This document shows, one piece after another, positions 26,324 through 35,598 of a stretch of DNA of 37,709 nt. A program made the translations under genes and the position numbers. Source of the stretch: a virus. Taxonomy: Duplodnaviria; Heunggongvirae; Uroviricota; Caudoviricetes. Each line of letters starts with the position of its first letter. Within the stretch, counting starts at the first letter, position 1. The notes beneath the pieces were generated by a model. The model was not told the origin of the DNA. It ran no database searches and was given only the letters and a program-made list of their open reading frames with translations. The stretch is from IMG/VR virus record IMGVR_UViG_3300025072_002801. One strand, given 5' to 3'.

Positions 26324-29023
26324 ATGACAGCTTTTAATTTTAATAATCCAGGCATTGCAATATCCCAAGGCGCTGATGTTTCGGCATCGGGAACTGTAGG
26401 CGCATTTGTGCAAGGAAGTAGCGCAACAGCAAGTGGTAATTTTGGGTCTTTCGCTCAAGGAAATACGATTACGGCAAGTGGTACTGGATCATTTGCTCAA
26501 GGAGTGTCATCTCTTGCCGTTGGTGATGCGTCGTTTTCTCAAGGTCACTTTGTAACAGCGTCAGGAACAGACGGTTCTTTTGTGCAAGGGTATTACGCTA
26601 CGGCATCAGGAAGTTTGGGTTCATTTGCCCAAGGACACTACGCCTATGCAACTGGACACAAAGGTTCCTTTGCTCAAGGAGATAGCGTACTCGCATCGGG
26701 AACTAAAGGATCTTTTGCTCAAGGTTATGACACTTCGGCAACTGGATTGCACGGAAGTTTCGCGCAAGGGACTAAAGCAACTGCCGCAGGATACAAAGGT
26801 TCATTTGCTCAAGGCGATTATGCCATAGCATCAGGCAATAGAGGGTGTTTTTCCCAAGGAACGAAATCAACTGCATCTGGTATTGCCGGATGTTTTTCGC
26901 AAGGGTATACAATAACAGCATCTGGTTACTGGGGAGCTTTCGCCCAAGGGTCAAATGTTATTGCTTCTGGTTGGAATGGATGCTTTGCGCAAGGCGGATC
27001 TGCTCTAGCAAGTGGGTCTTATGGATCTTTTGTTCAAGGATATAAAACAACTGCATCAGGACATCATGGCTCTTTTGTTCAAGGTAATAACGCAACAGCC
27101 TCAGCCGATTATGGATCTTTTGCTCAAGGGCGGTACACAACAGCATCGTCTCAACTTGGATCGTTCGCACAAGGCAAAAACACAACTGCGTTAACAGAAA
27201 CAGCAGTTGCCATCACAGGCGAAAGTGTCGATACAGGAACAGAAACAATTACGCTTGCTGCTCATGGATTGTTTACGGGTGATTCTGTTGTATTTAATAC
27301 TACTGGCGAAGGCATTACTGCTGGCAGAGTTTATTATGTCTTTAGAGCGTCTTCTTCAACATTTAGAATATTTACAACCTTTGCAAACGCCAAAGCAGAT
27401 ACTAGTCCTGTTAATTTAACAGGTGCAACTCTTACTGCTACAGAACTGCAAGCATCTTGCGCAATGTTCGCACAAGGAGCTTCTTCGACCGCTTCGGCAA
27501 GACATTCTTTTGCCCAAGGTGCTGGCGCAACAGCAAGCGGTCAATGGGGAAGTCTTGCACAAGGGCTAGATGTTACAGCAAGCGGATCTGTTGGATCATT
27601 TGCACAAGGTCATCAAATTACCGCAAGTGGATATTATGGTTCTTTTGCTCAAGGATACACTGTTTTAGCATCAGGATTCCTCGGCTCATTCGCGCAAGGG
27701 TATAATGCAACAGTTACAGGAAATTTTGGATCTTTTTCACAAGGGAATAATGTAACTGCATCAGGAAATTACGGATCTTTTGCACAAGGAAAAAGTGTAA
27801 CAGCATTAGGGATTCATGGATCTTTTGCGCAAGGCAGTGTGGCGTTGGCATCAGGCAGTCACGGCTCATTTGCGCAAGGAACGAAGGTAACGGCATCAGG
27901 AAGCAGAGGGAGTTTTGCACAAGGAAACCAATGTACCGCATCAGGTAGTCATGGATCTTTTGCTCAAGGAAATTATGCAACTGCAAGTGGCGTTTTAGGA
28001 TCTTTTGCACAAGGAAAAAATGCAAGTGCTTCTGGAGACAATGGTTCTTTTGCTCAAGGAAGTTATGCAATTTCCTCTGGTTCTCATGGGTCATTCGCTC
28101 AAGGGAAAAATGCAACTGCAAGTGGTGGAAGTTATGGACAAGGATGTTTTGCACAAGGAAGCAACGCAATTGCATCAGGTCCTTATGGAACATTTGCACA
28201 AGGCTTTGATGTAGTTGCAAGTGGTGCTTTTGGGTGTTTTGCACAAGGAAGTGGTGCAACTGCATCAGCCTATCTTGGATCTTTTGCTCAAGGAAATTAT
28301 GCAGTTGCCTCTGGCTCTAATGGTTCATTTGCTCAAGGATTTCAAGCAAGTGCTTCTGGAGACAATGGTTCTTTCGCTCAAGGATATTATTCATCAGCAA
28401 CAGGAAGTTACGGGTCTTTTGCACAAGGGCAAAAGACAACCGCTTCTGGAATTGATGGGTCAATCGCACAAGGGTATTATGTAATTGCATCAGGAAGTTA
28501 TGGGTCTTTTGCTCAAGGGTATCAGGCAACCGCATCAGGGCATTCTTCTTGGGCGCAAGGTCGTTATTGCCTTGCCGATAAACGTGGACAGTTCTCAAGA
28601 GCCACAGGAAGATTCTCTTCAACTGGCGATGCTCAATTTTCAATATTGGTCGTTAGAGATCAAACAACTAATGCAACACCTCAAGAGCTTTTCTTGAACG
28701 GATCTAGTGAAAGAATTACTATTGCAACAAGCACGACTTGGACATTTAGTGCTTTAATTACAGGACGTAGAACTGGAGGAGCTTCAGGAACAGCAGGTGA
28801 TAGTTGGTCTTATGAATTAAAAGGATGTATTGAAAACACCTCAGGCACAGTAGCATTGGTTGGATCTGTTCTAAAGACTTCTATAGCAGAAGACGATGCA
28901 GCATGTGACGCAACAGCCTTAGCAGATAATACAAATGATGCTTTAATTATCCAAGTTACTGGAGTAGCATCCAATAACATAAATTGGGTAAGTATGGTGA
29001 CATTGTGTGAATGTAAGGGATAA
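26324..29023 (+). CDS. Long beta-solenoid fibre/adhesin (YadA-head-like 15-aa GSFAQG repeats)
   Basis: Dozens of GSFAQG..ATASG.. repeats, an inserted ~70-aa domain, and a C-terminal domain shared with 33122-34861. Confidence 0.8.
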   Translation: MTAFNFNNPGIAISQGADVSASGTVGAFVQGSSATASGNFGSFAQGNTITASGTGSFAQGVSSLAVGDASFSQGHFVTASGTDGSFVQGYYATASGSLGSFAQGHYAYATGHKGSFAQGDSVLASGTKGSFAQGYDTSATGLHGSFAQGTKATAAGYKGSFAQGDYAIASGNRGCFSQGTKSTASGIAGCFSQGYTITASGYWGAFAQGSNVIASGWNGCFAQGGSALASGSYGSFVQGYKTTASGHHGSFVQGNNATASADYGSFAQGRYTTASSQLGSFAQGKNTTALTETAVAITGESVDTGTETITLAAHGLFTGDSVVFNTTGEGITAGRVYYVFRASSSTFRIFTTFANAKADTSPVNLTGATLTATELQASCAMFAQGASSTASARHSFAQGAGATASGQWGSLAQGLDVTASGSVGSFAQGHQITASGYYGSFAQGYTVLASGFLGSFAQGYNATVTGNFGSFSQGNNVTASGNYGSFAQGKSVTALGIHGSFAQGSVALASGSHGSFAQGTKVTASGSRGSFAQGNQCTASGSHGSFAQGNYATASGVLGSFAQGKNASASGDNGSFAQGSYAISSGSHGSFAQGKNATASGGSYGQGCFAQGSNAIASGPYGTFAQGFDVVASGAFGCFAQGSGATASAYLGSFAQGNYAVASGSNGSFAQGFQASASGDNGSFAQGYYSSATGSYGSFAQGQKTTASGIDGSIAQGYYVIASGSYGSFAQGYQATASGHSSWAQGRYCLADKRGQFSRATGRFSSTGDAQFSILVVRDQTTNATPQELFLNGSSERITIATSTTWTFSALITGRRTGGASGTAGDSWSYELKGCIENTSGTVALVGSVLKTSIAEDDAACDATALADNTNDALIIQVTGVASNNINWVSMVTLCECKG
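27944..28233 (+). repeat. ~290-bp near-identical block shared between the two fibre genes (copy 1)
   Basis: Matches 33998-34287 (offset 6054); one mismatch seen. Confidence 0.9.
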
Positions 29024-29051
29024 AAAATAAAAGAAGATACTCTTTTATGGT

Positions 29052-29987
29052 ATGAAAAACATACCATTTGTCACAGGGTTGCCTCGTAGTGGATCTACCC
29101 TATTATGCAATATTCTGGCACAGCATAAAGATATAGACGCAGCACCATCATCCCCTCTTTGTCATATTGTTCAAAATATGAAAAGACAGTGGAGCGATGA
29201 TGCATTCCTTCTTGCCCAACTTGATAATAACTTCGATGGGGTTTATGAGAGATTAAAGCGTTCTACAAGGGCTTTTATGGATTCTTGGTGTTCTGACACT
29301 GATTCTAAGTTCACAATTGACAAAAACCGTGGATGGTTAGGGTCTTGCGAGTTGGTTAGAGAGCTTTATCCAGAAATGAAGATGATTGTATGTATTCGTG
29401 ATTTAAGGAGTATATTTGCCAGTATTGAGAAGCAGCACAGAAAGACATTGTTGTTAGATTTTCCAGACCATATGGACGGAAATATTGTAGATAATCGAGC
29501 AAGAATCCTATTTGAATCAAATGGAGTTATTGGTGGTCCTCTTGGGGCGATAAATAATTTATATGATATTGCAAATATAATGCCACATATTTATTTCTTT
29601 AGATATGAGGACTTTGTTCAAGATCCTAAGAAGTCATTGGATGATGTTACAAAGTGGCTTGGGGCGAAAAAATTTAAATATAATTTGAAGAAGATCGAAC
29701 AGAAGACAGTAGAATCTGATTCTCATTATCGTTTCAAATACATTCATACTATTCAAAGCGAATTCAAGCCTGCCGAGTCTTTTGAAGAAAGTCAAATTCC
29801 TCCTAGAGTTTCTAACGAAATTTTAAATAGATTTAAGTGGTATTATGGAAACTATTACCAGGACGTAGTATTGCCAGAAGGTCCAAGACAAGCTCCTGTA
29901 ATGCAGCGAAATCCAGAAGAAAAGAACAATGTCGATCTTAGAGTTGAACAAGAAGTAGAGGAAGCCTTAGATGTTTTGGACTTTTAA
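29052..29987 (+). CDS. Sulfotransferase
   Basis: FVTGLPRSGSTLL (5'-PSB), DKNR, IRDLRSIFAS (3'-PB), RYEDFVQDP. Confidence 0.9.
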   Translation: MKNIPFVTGLPRSGSTLLCNILAQHKDIDAAPSSPLCHIVQNMKRQWSDDAFLLAQLDNNFDGVYERLKRSTRAFMDSWCSDTDSKFTIDKNRGWLGSCELVRELYPEMKMIVCIRDLRSIFASIEKQHRKTLLLDFPDHMDGNIVDNRARILFESNGVIGGPLGAINNLYDIANIMPHIYFFRYEDFVQDPKKSLDDVTKWLGAKKFKYNLKKIEQKTVESDSHYRFKYIHTIQSEFKPAESFEESQIPPRVSNEILNRFKWYYGNYYQDVVLPEGPRQAPVMQRNPEEKNNVDLRVEQEVEEALDVLDF

Positions 29988-31110
29988 TTATCAAGATAAA
30001 GAAATGATTAGTTGGGGACAACCAAGATCTCTTGATCCTCAGCAAGTTTCTAATGTTAAGCCTAATTATGACGTTAAGGTCTATCAGGGCGAAACTATAG
30101 AGTCACATCATAAAGTTCTTTATTCCATGCAGGGTGATGCAACACTGGGAATGGGAGATTCTATTTGGTTAATCTCTTACATTAGAGATGTATATCGTGT
30201 AAAAGGTCGTAGAAGGTGCGAATTTCATGTGGCAACATCGCAGGACATGGCAAAGTTTTATTCAAGCTTCTTACCAAAAACAATTAAATTCGTGCAAGAG
30301 TACATCACAAAAGAAGAGTTTGATGCTTATGATCACGTTCTCCCCGCGATGTATTATTGGAAGGAGAAAGGCGATGCTGATAAGTCATGGACAGATAATA
30401 AAAGCATCCTTGAGAGACTGTATAGGTTAGTTGGCATAGATTATCAAGGATTGCCAGATTTTGGTGAGTTCACTGATGAAAGCATACTTTATCCAGAGCA
30501 AGACTTTTACGATAAGTTTGATATTGATCCAAATGATAAGCATGTGTTTTTTCAATGGCATTCATCTGGTCATCCTAAAAATTTACCGCCCAAGACAAAT
30601 ATCAAAATTATAAAGCATCTTACGGAGAAGCATAATTTAAAGGTATATGTGATTGGCAGGCTTAAAGGACTGGATAAATTAGAAAAGATTCCTAATGTGA
30701 GGAATTTTGCGAATAAAACAACCGCCGAAGATGTGATTAGATTTGCTTGCACAGCAAACTTAATTGTTTGTCCAGACTCAGCAGGAGTGCATTTAGGTGA
30801 GGCTTATGGAATTCCAAGTGTTGGAATAATGTCAACACTTCCTCCTTCATACATAGCCAGTAAGTATAAGATCCCAGCATTCATGTATGGAAGTGGGCAT
30901 TGTGGATTCAAGCCTTGTGGGGTCGTAAGTAGATTGCCCCTGGAAAGGTGTCCAGAAGGAACAAAAAACTATTGCACTGTATTGGAAGATGTAGATTTAG
31001 AACTGTTCGACAAGTGCGTAAGTCAAACAGTTCTAAATGTTGCTAATGATAGAAAAGTAGCGCCAGCTAATTTCTATGGCTCAGACAAGCTTCCAATTGT
31101 GCTTGGGTAA
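29971..31110 (+). CDS. GT9 (heptosyltransferase-like) glycosyltransferase
   Basis: LGMGD, VCPDSAGVHLGEAYGIP, C..PC...CP...C cluster. Confidence 0.85.
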   Translation: MFWTFNYQDKEMISWGQPRSLDPQQVSNVKPNYDVKVYQGETIESHHKVLYSMQGDATLGMGDSIWLISYIRDVYRVKGRRRCEFHVATSQDMAKFYSSFLPKTIKFVQEYITKEEFDAYDHVLPAMYYWKEKGDADKSWTDNKSILERLYRLVGIDYQGLPDFGEFTDESILYPEQDFYDKFDIDPNDKHVFFQWHSSGHPKNLPPKTNIKIIKHLTEKHNLKVYVIGRLKGLDKLEKIPNVRNFANKTTAEDVIRFACTANLIVCPDSAGVHLGEAYGIPSVGIMSTLPPSYIASKYKIPAFMYGSGHCGFKPCGVVSRLPLERCPEGTKNYCTVLEDVDLELFDKCVSQTVLNVANDRKVAPANFYGSDKLPIVLG

Positions 31111-31614
31111 TTATCTGCGAAACCTTTTTCGCTTTCTGTTGCTAGATTTATTTAAGGATTTAGCCTTTTTCATAACGCTGTTGATTCGACTGTGTATATT
31201 CCACCACATGACAGTATTAGATATTCCTTTAACTTCTGCTTCTATTTTTATTTTGATGGCACTTTTGTTGCCTTTTCTATAGATCTTGATTAATGTCTTT
31301 TGCTTAAGGACATGTCCATCTGTTTCTATAAGATGAGATTCAAAGTACCCCTCGCCCGAAACTGGATTAAAACCCGCAGATTGTGAGACAGTGACATATG
31401 CATCCTTGCCAGGAAGAGTTACTTTGACCCAAACTTTGCCATCTTCCTTTTTGAGAATTTCTTCTCGGCTGTCTTTCATGAGATATTCGCGGTTCTCTTT
31501 GAACATCTCAACCAACTCTTCGACAGTCGCATTGAATACGACTTCTTTTTCGACTTCAGTAGCACTTACGACAGCAGGAATAAGAATCGCTGCTAAAAGT
31601 ATTATTGATTTCAT
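31111..31614 (-). CDS. Secreted protein, possibly START/SRPBCC-like fold
   Basis: AGGAGG RBS; signal peptide MKSIILLAAILIPAVVSA. Confidence 0.65.
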   Translation of the reverse strand: MKSIILLAAILIPAVVSATEVEKEVVFNATVEELVEMFKENREYLMKDSREEILKKEDGKVWVKVTLPGKDAYVTVSQSAGFNPVSGEGYFESHLIETDGHVLKQKTLIKIYRKGNKSAIKIKIEAEVKGISNTVMWWNIHSRINSVMKKAKSLNKSSNRKRKRFRR

Positions 31615-31644
31615 TTTTTCCTCCTTAAAAACTATAGTAGTTAT

Positions 31645-32847
31645 ATGAGATTGTCTATTTTTACTCCAACACATAAAATAAAGCACCTTAGAAGATTAGC
31701 CGAATCTATAAAAAATCAGACCATGAAAGACTTTGAATGGGTGGTTGTCCCAAACGGAGAAGTTTGCGTAGATGATGTTAAGAGTTTGGTTGGGGATGTA
31801 GATCAGTTGAAGATTGTTCCCTATGAAGGGGAGACATCTAACATTGGAGAAATTAAAAGATTTAGTTGCCATAGCTGTACTGGAGACATTTTAGTAGAGG
31901 CAGATCATGATGATGAACTTACACCAAACTGCCTAGAACAATTAGATGTTGCATTTGAAGAAACAGAAGCAGATTTTGTTTATTCAAACAACGCTGGGAT
32001 TGTAAGAGAAAAAGATCCTTATGTCTTTGATGAAGCGTTTGGATGGAAGCATAGACCATTTACATGGAAGGGATTAAAGACACTTGAGATTGTGCATTTC
32101 CCACCTTCGCCAGCAAGTTTTTCTACAATTTGGTGGGCAGCGAACCATGTTAGAGCGTGGGAAAGAAATTTTTATAATAAAATAGGTGGACACGACCCTT
32201 TATTTTCTCTTCTTGATGATCAGGATTTGCTGGCACGAAGTTACATTAATGGAAAAGTTTATTGGATTGATGACTGTCTGTATGTGTATCATTTGCATGA
32301 AGCAAATACGTTTACAGGTGATCAAAATCAATGGATTCAAGAAAATACATTGATTTTGTATGATAAGTATATCGAAGCTTTGGTGGCGAAATGGTGTGAC
32401 GACAATGGATTGTTGAAAATCTCGTTGGGAGAAAAGGAAGTTAAAGGATATGAGTCATACAATCCAAAAAAGAAATGGAAATTCGATGACGAGACTATTG
32501 GAATGGTTAAAGCAAACAGTCAATTGCAAAAATATGATGCCATACCTCTTATGAAAGAAATTTACCGTTGCTTGGCAAACAACGGATGGCTGATAAGCTC
32601 AACTCCATCTACTGACGGAAGAGGGGCATTCCAAAATCCAACAAATAAGTCGTTTTGGAATGTTAACAGCTTCATGTATTACACACAAGCCAACGCAGCG
32701 AAGCATATCGGATCACCCGTTAAATTCCAGAAGCATTGCTTGAAAAATCATTTTCCAAATGATTTTTGCAAAGAGAATAATATCGTCCATGTGAGAGCAG
32801 ATCTAATGAAACATCATGGACGAGTACCAGCTAAGGTCGAAATATAA
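31645..32847 (+). CDS. GT2 glycosyltransferase fused to a degenerate methyltransferase-like domain
   Basis: LSIFTPTH, FEWVVV, EADHDD, DDQDL; C-terminal EIYRCL..NGW...GAFQNPT. Confidence 0.85.
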   Translation: MRLSIFTPTHKIKHLRRLAESIKNQTMKDFEWVVVPNGEVCVDDVKSLVGDVDQLKIVPYEGETSNIGEIKRFSCHSCTGDILVEADHDDELTPNCLEQLDVAFEETEADFVYSNNAGIVREKDPYVFDEAFGWKHRPFTWKGLKTLEIVHFPPSPASFSTIWWAANHVRAWERNFYNKIGGHDPLFSLLDDQDLLARSYINGKVYWIDDCLYVYHLHEANTFTGDQNQWIQENTLILYDKYIEALVAKWCDDNGLLKISLGEKEVKGYESYNPKKKWKFDDETIGMVKANSQLQKYDAIPLMKEIYRCLANNGWLISSTPSTDGRGAFQNPTNKSFWNVNSFMYYTQANAAKHIGSPVKFQKHCLKNHFPNDFCKENNIVHVRADLMKHHGRVPAKVEI

Positions 32848-32882
32848 AAAAAAGGGTTATCATAACGTCTGATAACCCTTTT
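32846..32882. terminator. Bidirectional intrinsic terminator
   Basis: Perfect 13-bp stem AAAAGGGTTATCA/TGATAACCCTTTT; longer U tract on the minus strand. Confidence 0.85.
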
Positions 32883-33047
32883 ATCCCAATGTCGGAATTT
32901 CTTCCATTTAAGTGCTGCTTGGCTGTGCCTTAAAGCATCCAGCCCTTGTGTTTACAGTTCACCCATCTTCTTCTCACGATACTTTGTACAACACAATACT
33001 CAAGTAACGATCTCTTAAAGAAGAGTGTAAGCTGGGTTCACCAGGAC
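32883..33047 (-). ncRNA. Candidate ~165-nt structured RNA
   Basis: TATATA 5 nt upstream, terminator downstream; ends pair (GUCCUGGUG/CAUUGGGAU); GGAA-GAAA-UUCC tetraloop; the ATG next to the promoter gives only MSW*. Confidence 0.55.
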
Positions 33048-33121
33048 ATACGTATATAGCCTTATTATATTTAAATTAAAACGCCCCAATAAGACTCTGA
33101 TTGATAACCCTATATATCTGT

Positions 33122-34861
33122 ATGGCAATTCATATAGACAATGCAGGTGGATACGTAATTGTAGATGAATTACGTTTATCTGAAAATGTACCTGGGTCGC
33201 TTCAAAATGGCGATTTTTGGGTGACTAGTAATAGGATTTACTGTCGCACCAATAGTGTGACAAAAGATCTTACAGATATTGGTACGGGCGGCGGCGGTGG
33301 CGGTGCGTTTACGGCTGATGGAAGTTATGCAGCATATCAAGGTGCGATTGTTGATGCTGGTGCAGGATCTAATGTTGGCTCGCTTGCTCAAGGAAGTTAT
33401 GCAACTGCAAGTGGCAATTATGGATCTTTTGCTCAAGGGAATTATGTAACAGCATCAGGAATTAGGGGGTCTTTTGCGCAAGGACACCTCACAACAGGGG
33501 CAGGAGATTGGGGGGCATTTGCCCAAGGGTGGTATGCAGAAGGAACAGGAGATTATGGATCTTTTGCTCAAGGAAAATATGTAACAGCAAGTGGCTCTTA
33601 TGGATCTTTTGCTCAAGGAAGTTACGTTTCTGCAACTGGGTCTAAAGGTAGTTTTGCTCAAGGTGCTTCTTCATACGCTTCTGGTTCTTATGGATCATTT
33701 GCTCAAGGGGATGGAGCAACGGCATCTGGCGTTAAAGGATCATTTGCTCAAGGATTGTTAGCACTAGCAACAGGCAGTAGTGGATCTTTCGCTCAAGGAA
33801 GTTATGCAACTGCATCATCGAATTTTGGGTGTTTTGCACAAGGGAAAACTGTATACGCAACTGGAGGTTACGGTTGCTTCGCACAAGGAAGTAGTGTGTT
33901 GGCAAGTGGCAATTATGGATCTTTTGCTCAAGGAAGTTATGCTACAGCATCAAGTGATGGTGGATCTTTTGCTCAAGGAAGTAAAGCAACTGCATCTGGT
34001 AGTCATGGATCTTTTGCTCAAGGAAATTATGCAACTGCAAGTGGCGTTTTAGGATCTTTTGCACAAGGAAAAAATGCAAGTGCTTCTGGAGACAATGGTT
34101 CTTTTGCTCAAGGAAGTTATGCAATTTCCTCTGGTTCTCATGGGTCATTCGCTCAAGGGAAAAATGCAACTGCAAGTGGTGGAAGTTATGGACAAGGATG
34201 TTTTGCACAAGGAAGCAACGCAATTGCATCAGGTCCTTATGGAACATTTGCACAAGGGTTTGATGTAGTTGCAAGTGGTGCTTTTGGATGCTTTGCTCAA
34301 GGATATTATGCAACAGCAAGTGGGAGTTACGGATCATTCGCACAGGGGAAAAGCGTAACCGCATCAAGTGATTTGGCATGGGCGCAAGGATACAATTGCC
34401 TTGCCGATAAACGTGGGCAATTCTCACGATCTACAGGAAATTTCGATTCAACTGGCGATGCTCAAATGAGTATCTTAACGGCAAGGATTGCCACCACTGA
34501 TGGAACAGTCAATGTTGTTTTGACGACCGATGGTGCGGTTGCTGGTGCATCTAACAGACTAACAATCCCAGCTAATAGAACTTGGTGTTTCTCGATCCTA
34601 TTAGCAGCGAGACAAACTGCTGGGACAGGAACGGGAGATTCGGCAGCTTATAAGTTTGAAGGAATATTAAAGCGAGATGGGGCAAACGCTACATTGATGA
34701 ATTCGGCAGCGATTAAAACCGTGCTAGATGAAGACGATACTGCTTGGGAGGCTGATGTTGTCGCCGATAATACCAATGAGGCTTTAGAAATTAGAGTGAC
34801 AGGTGTGGCGGCACACACAATTCACTGGCTTGCAACAATTTATTTAAGTGAGGTAGGGTAA
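33122..34861 (+). CDS. Second beta-solenoid fibre/adhesin paralog
   Basis: GSFAQG repeats and the shared C-terminal domain; start at ATG 33122, 5 nt after TATATA. Confidence 0.8.
   Translation: MAIHIDNAGGYVIVDELRLSENVPGSLQNGDFWVTSNRIYCRTNSVTKDLTDIGTGGGGGGAFTADGSYAAYQGAIVDAGAGSNVGSLAQGSYATASGNYGSFAQGNYVTASGIRGSFAQGHLTTGAGDWGAFAQGWYAEGTGDYGSFAQGKYVTASGSYGSFAQGSYVSATGSKGSFAQGASSYASGSYGSFAQGDGATASGVKGSFAQGLLALATGSSGSFAQGSYATASSNFGCFAQGKTVYATGGYGCFAQGSSVLASGNYGSFAQGSYATASSDGGSFAQGSKATASGSHGSFAQGNYATASGVLGSFAQGKNASASGDNGSFAQGSYAISSGSHGSFAQGKNATASGGSYGQGCFAQGSNAIASGPYGTFAQGFDVVASGAFGCFAQGYYATASGSYGSFAQGKSVTASSDLAWAQGYNCLADKRGQFSRSTGNFDSTGDAQMSILTARIATTDGTVNVVLTTDGAVAGASNRLTIPANRTWCFSILLAARQTAGTGTGDSAAYKFEGILKRDGANATLMNSAAIKTVLDEDDTAWEADVVADNTNEALEIRVTGVAAHTIHWLATIYLSEVG
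33998..34287 (+). repeat. ~290-bp shared block (copy 2)
   Basis: Matches 27944-28233. Confidence 0.9.
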
Positions 34862-35598
34862 TGGCAATAAGTTTTAACAATAAGTGCAACACCATAAATG
34901 CAAATTGTATGTGCGGCACATGCGGCAATTTCTCTTGCGGTGAGTTAGGTTGCGTTAATACAACAGATATTACTACTTGTGATATGTGTGTAACTAATGT
35001 TTTAGACGCCTCAACTATATGCGGCACCTGCGCATGTGTGTGTTGCATCGCAGGCGACATCAACGCAACGGGCTACTACGGTGGCGATTGTTCTGTCGGC
35101 AATATTGGCGTATGTAATATTTGTACAAAATTTATTGGTGCCTCTACCGTATGTACCTCCCTTGTATGTGGTGGGCCATTCTGTGGCACTAACGTTGTCC
35201 CTACTGTCTACTGCGGAGGTTGTTGTAGCTGCGGAGAAATTAAGGTATCTAATGTATGTGCAAAAGGCGTAGATGCGATTTGCGTTTGTACAGGTTGCTT
35301 GATGATAAACACACTTAGTCCTGGTGTTTATTGCGGAGGTTGTTGTTCATCTGGAACAATATGTGTAAGATGTTTAGTTGTAAAATGCAAAGCAACTTTA
35401 GGAGCAACCGATCCTCCTTGGGTTCTATACGATCCAAACACAAGAGAACAAGTTGCTGCTGACATTGTAAGACAAGTTCCAGAAGAAAAGCAAGGTGGAG
35501 CAACATTGTTTTACAATAAAGACACGAAGCAAATGGAATACTATATGCATACCGAAAATAAATATTACAAACTGATCTCAGAGGAAATCACTCAATAG
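34861..35598 (+). CDS. Cysteine-rich fibre-like protein
   Basis: About 33 Cys in the first ~176 aa; Cys-free C-terminal domain starting DPPWVLY; TAATG-coupled to the fibre gene. Confidence 0.75.
   Translation: MAISFNNKCNTINANCMCGTCGNFSCGELGCVNTTDITTCDMCVTNVLDASTICGTCACVCCIAGDINATGYYGGDCSVGNIGVCNICTKFIGASTVCTSLVCGGPFCGTNVVPTVYCGGCCSCGEIKVSNVCAKGVDAICVCTGCLMINTLSPGVYCGGCCSSGTICVRCLVVKCKATLGATDPPWVLYDPNTREQVAADIVRQVPEEKQGGATLFYNKDTKQMEYYMHTENKYYKLISEEITQ

Noticed and set aside
26380-28560. Regular ~45-bp repeats resembling a CRISPR array
   Set aside because: Repeats are in-frame codons for GSFAQG with synonymous variation; no cas genes are present.
19896-33100. tRNA, tmRNA or hammerhead ribozyme in the intergenic gaps
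   Set aside because: No cloverleaf with a TTCG T-loop and no CUGANGA/GAAA core seen by eye.
27944-34287. DGR template/variable repeat pair
   Set aside because: Only one non-adenine mismatch seen, both copies are mid-gene, and there is no reverse transcriptase in the window.
26580-35506. Alternative-frame and antisense ORFs over the fibre genes
   Set aside because: Shadows of the repetitive coding sequence.
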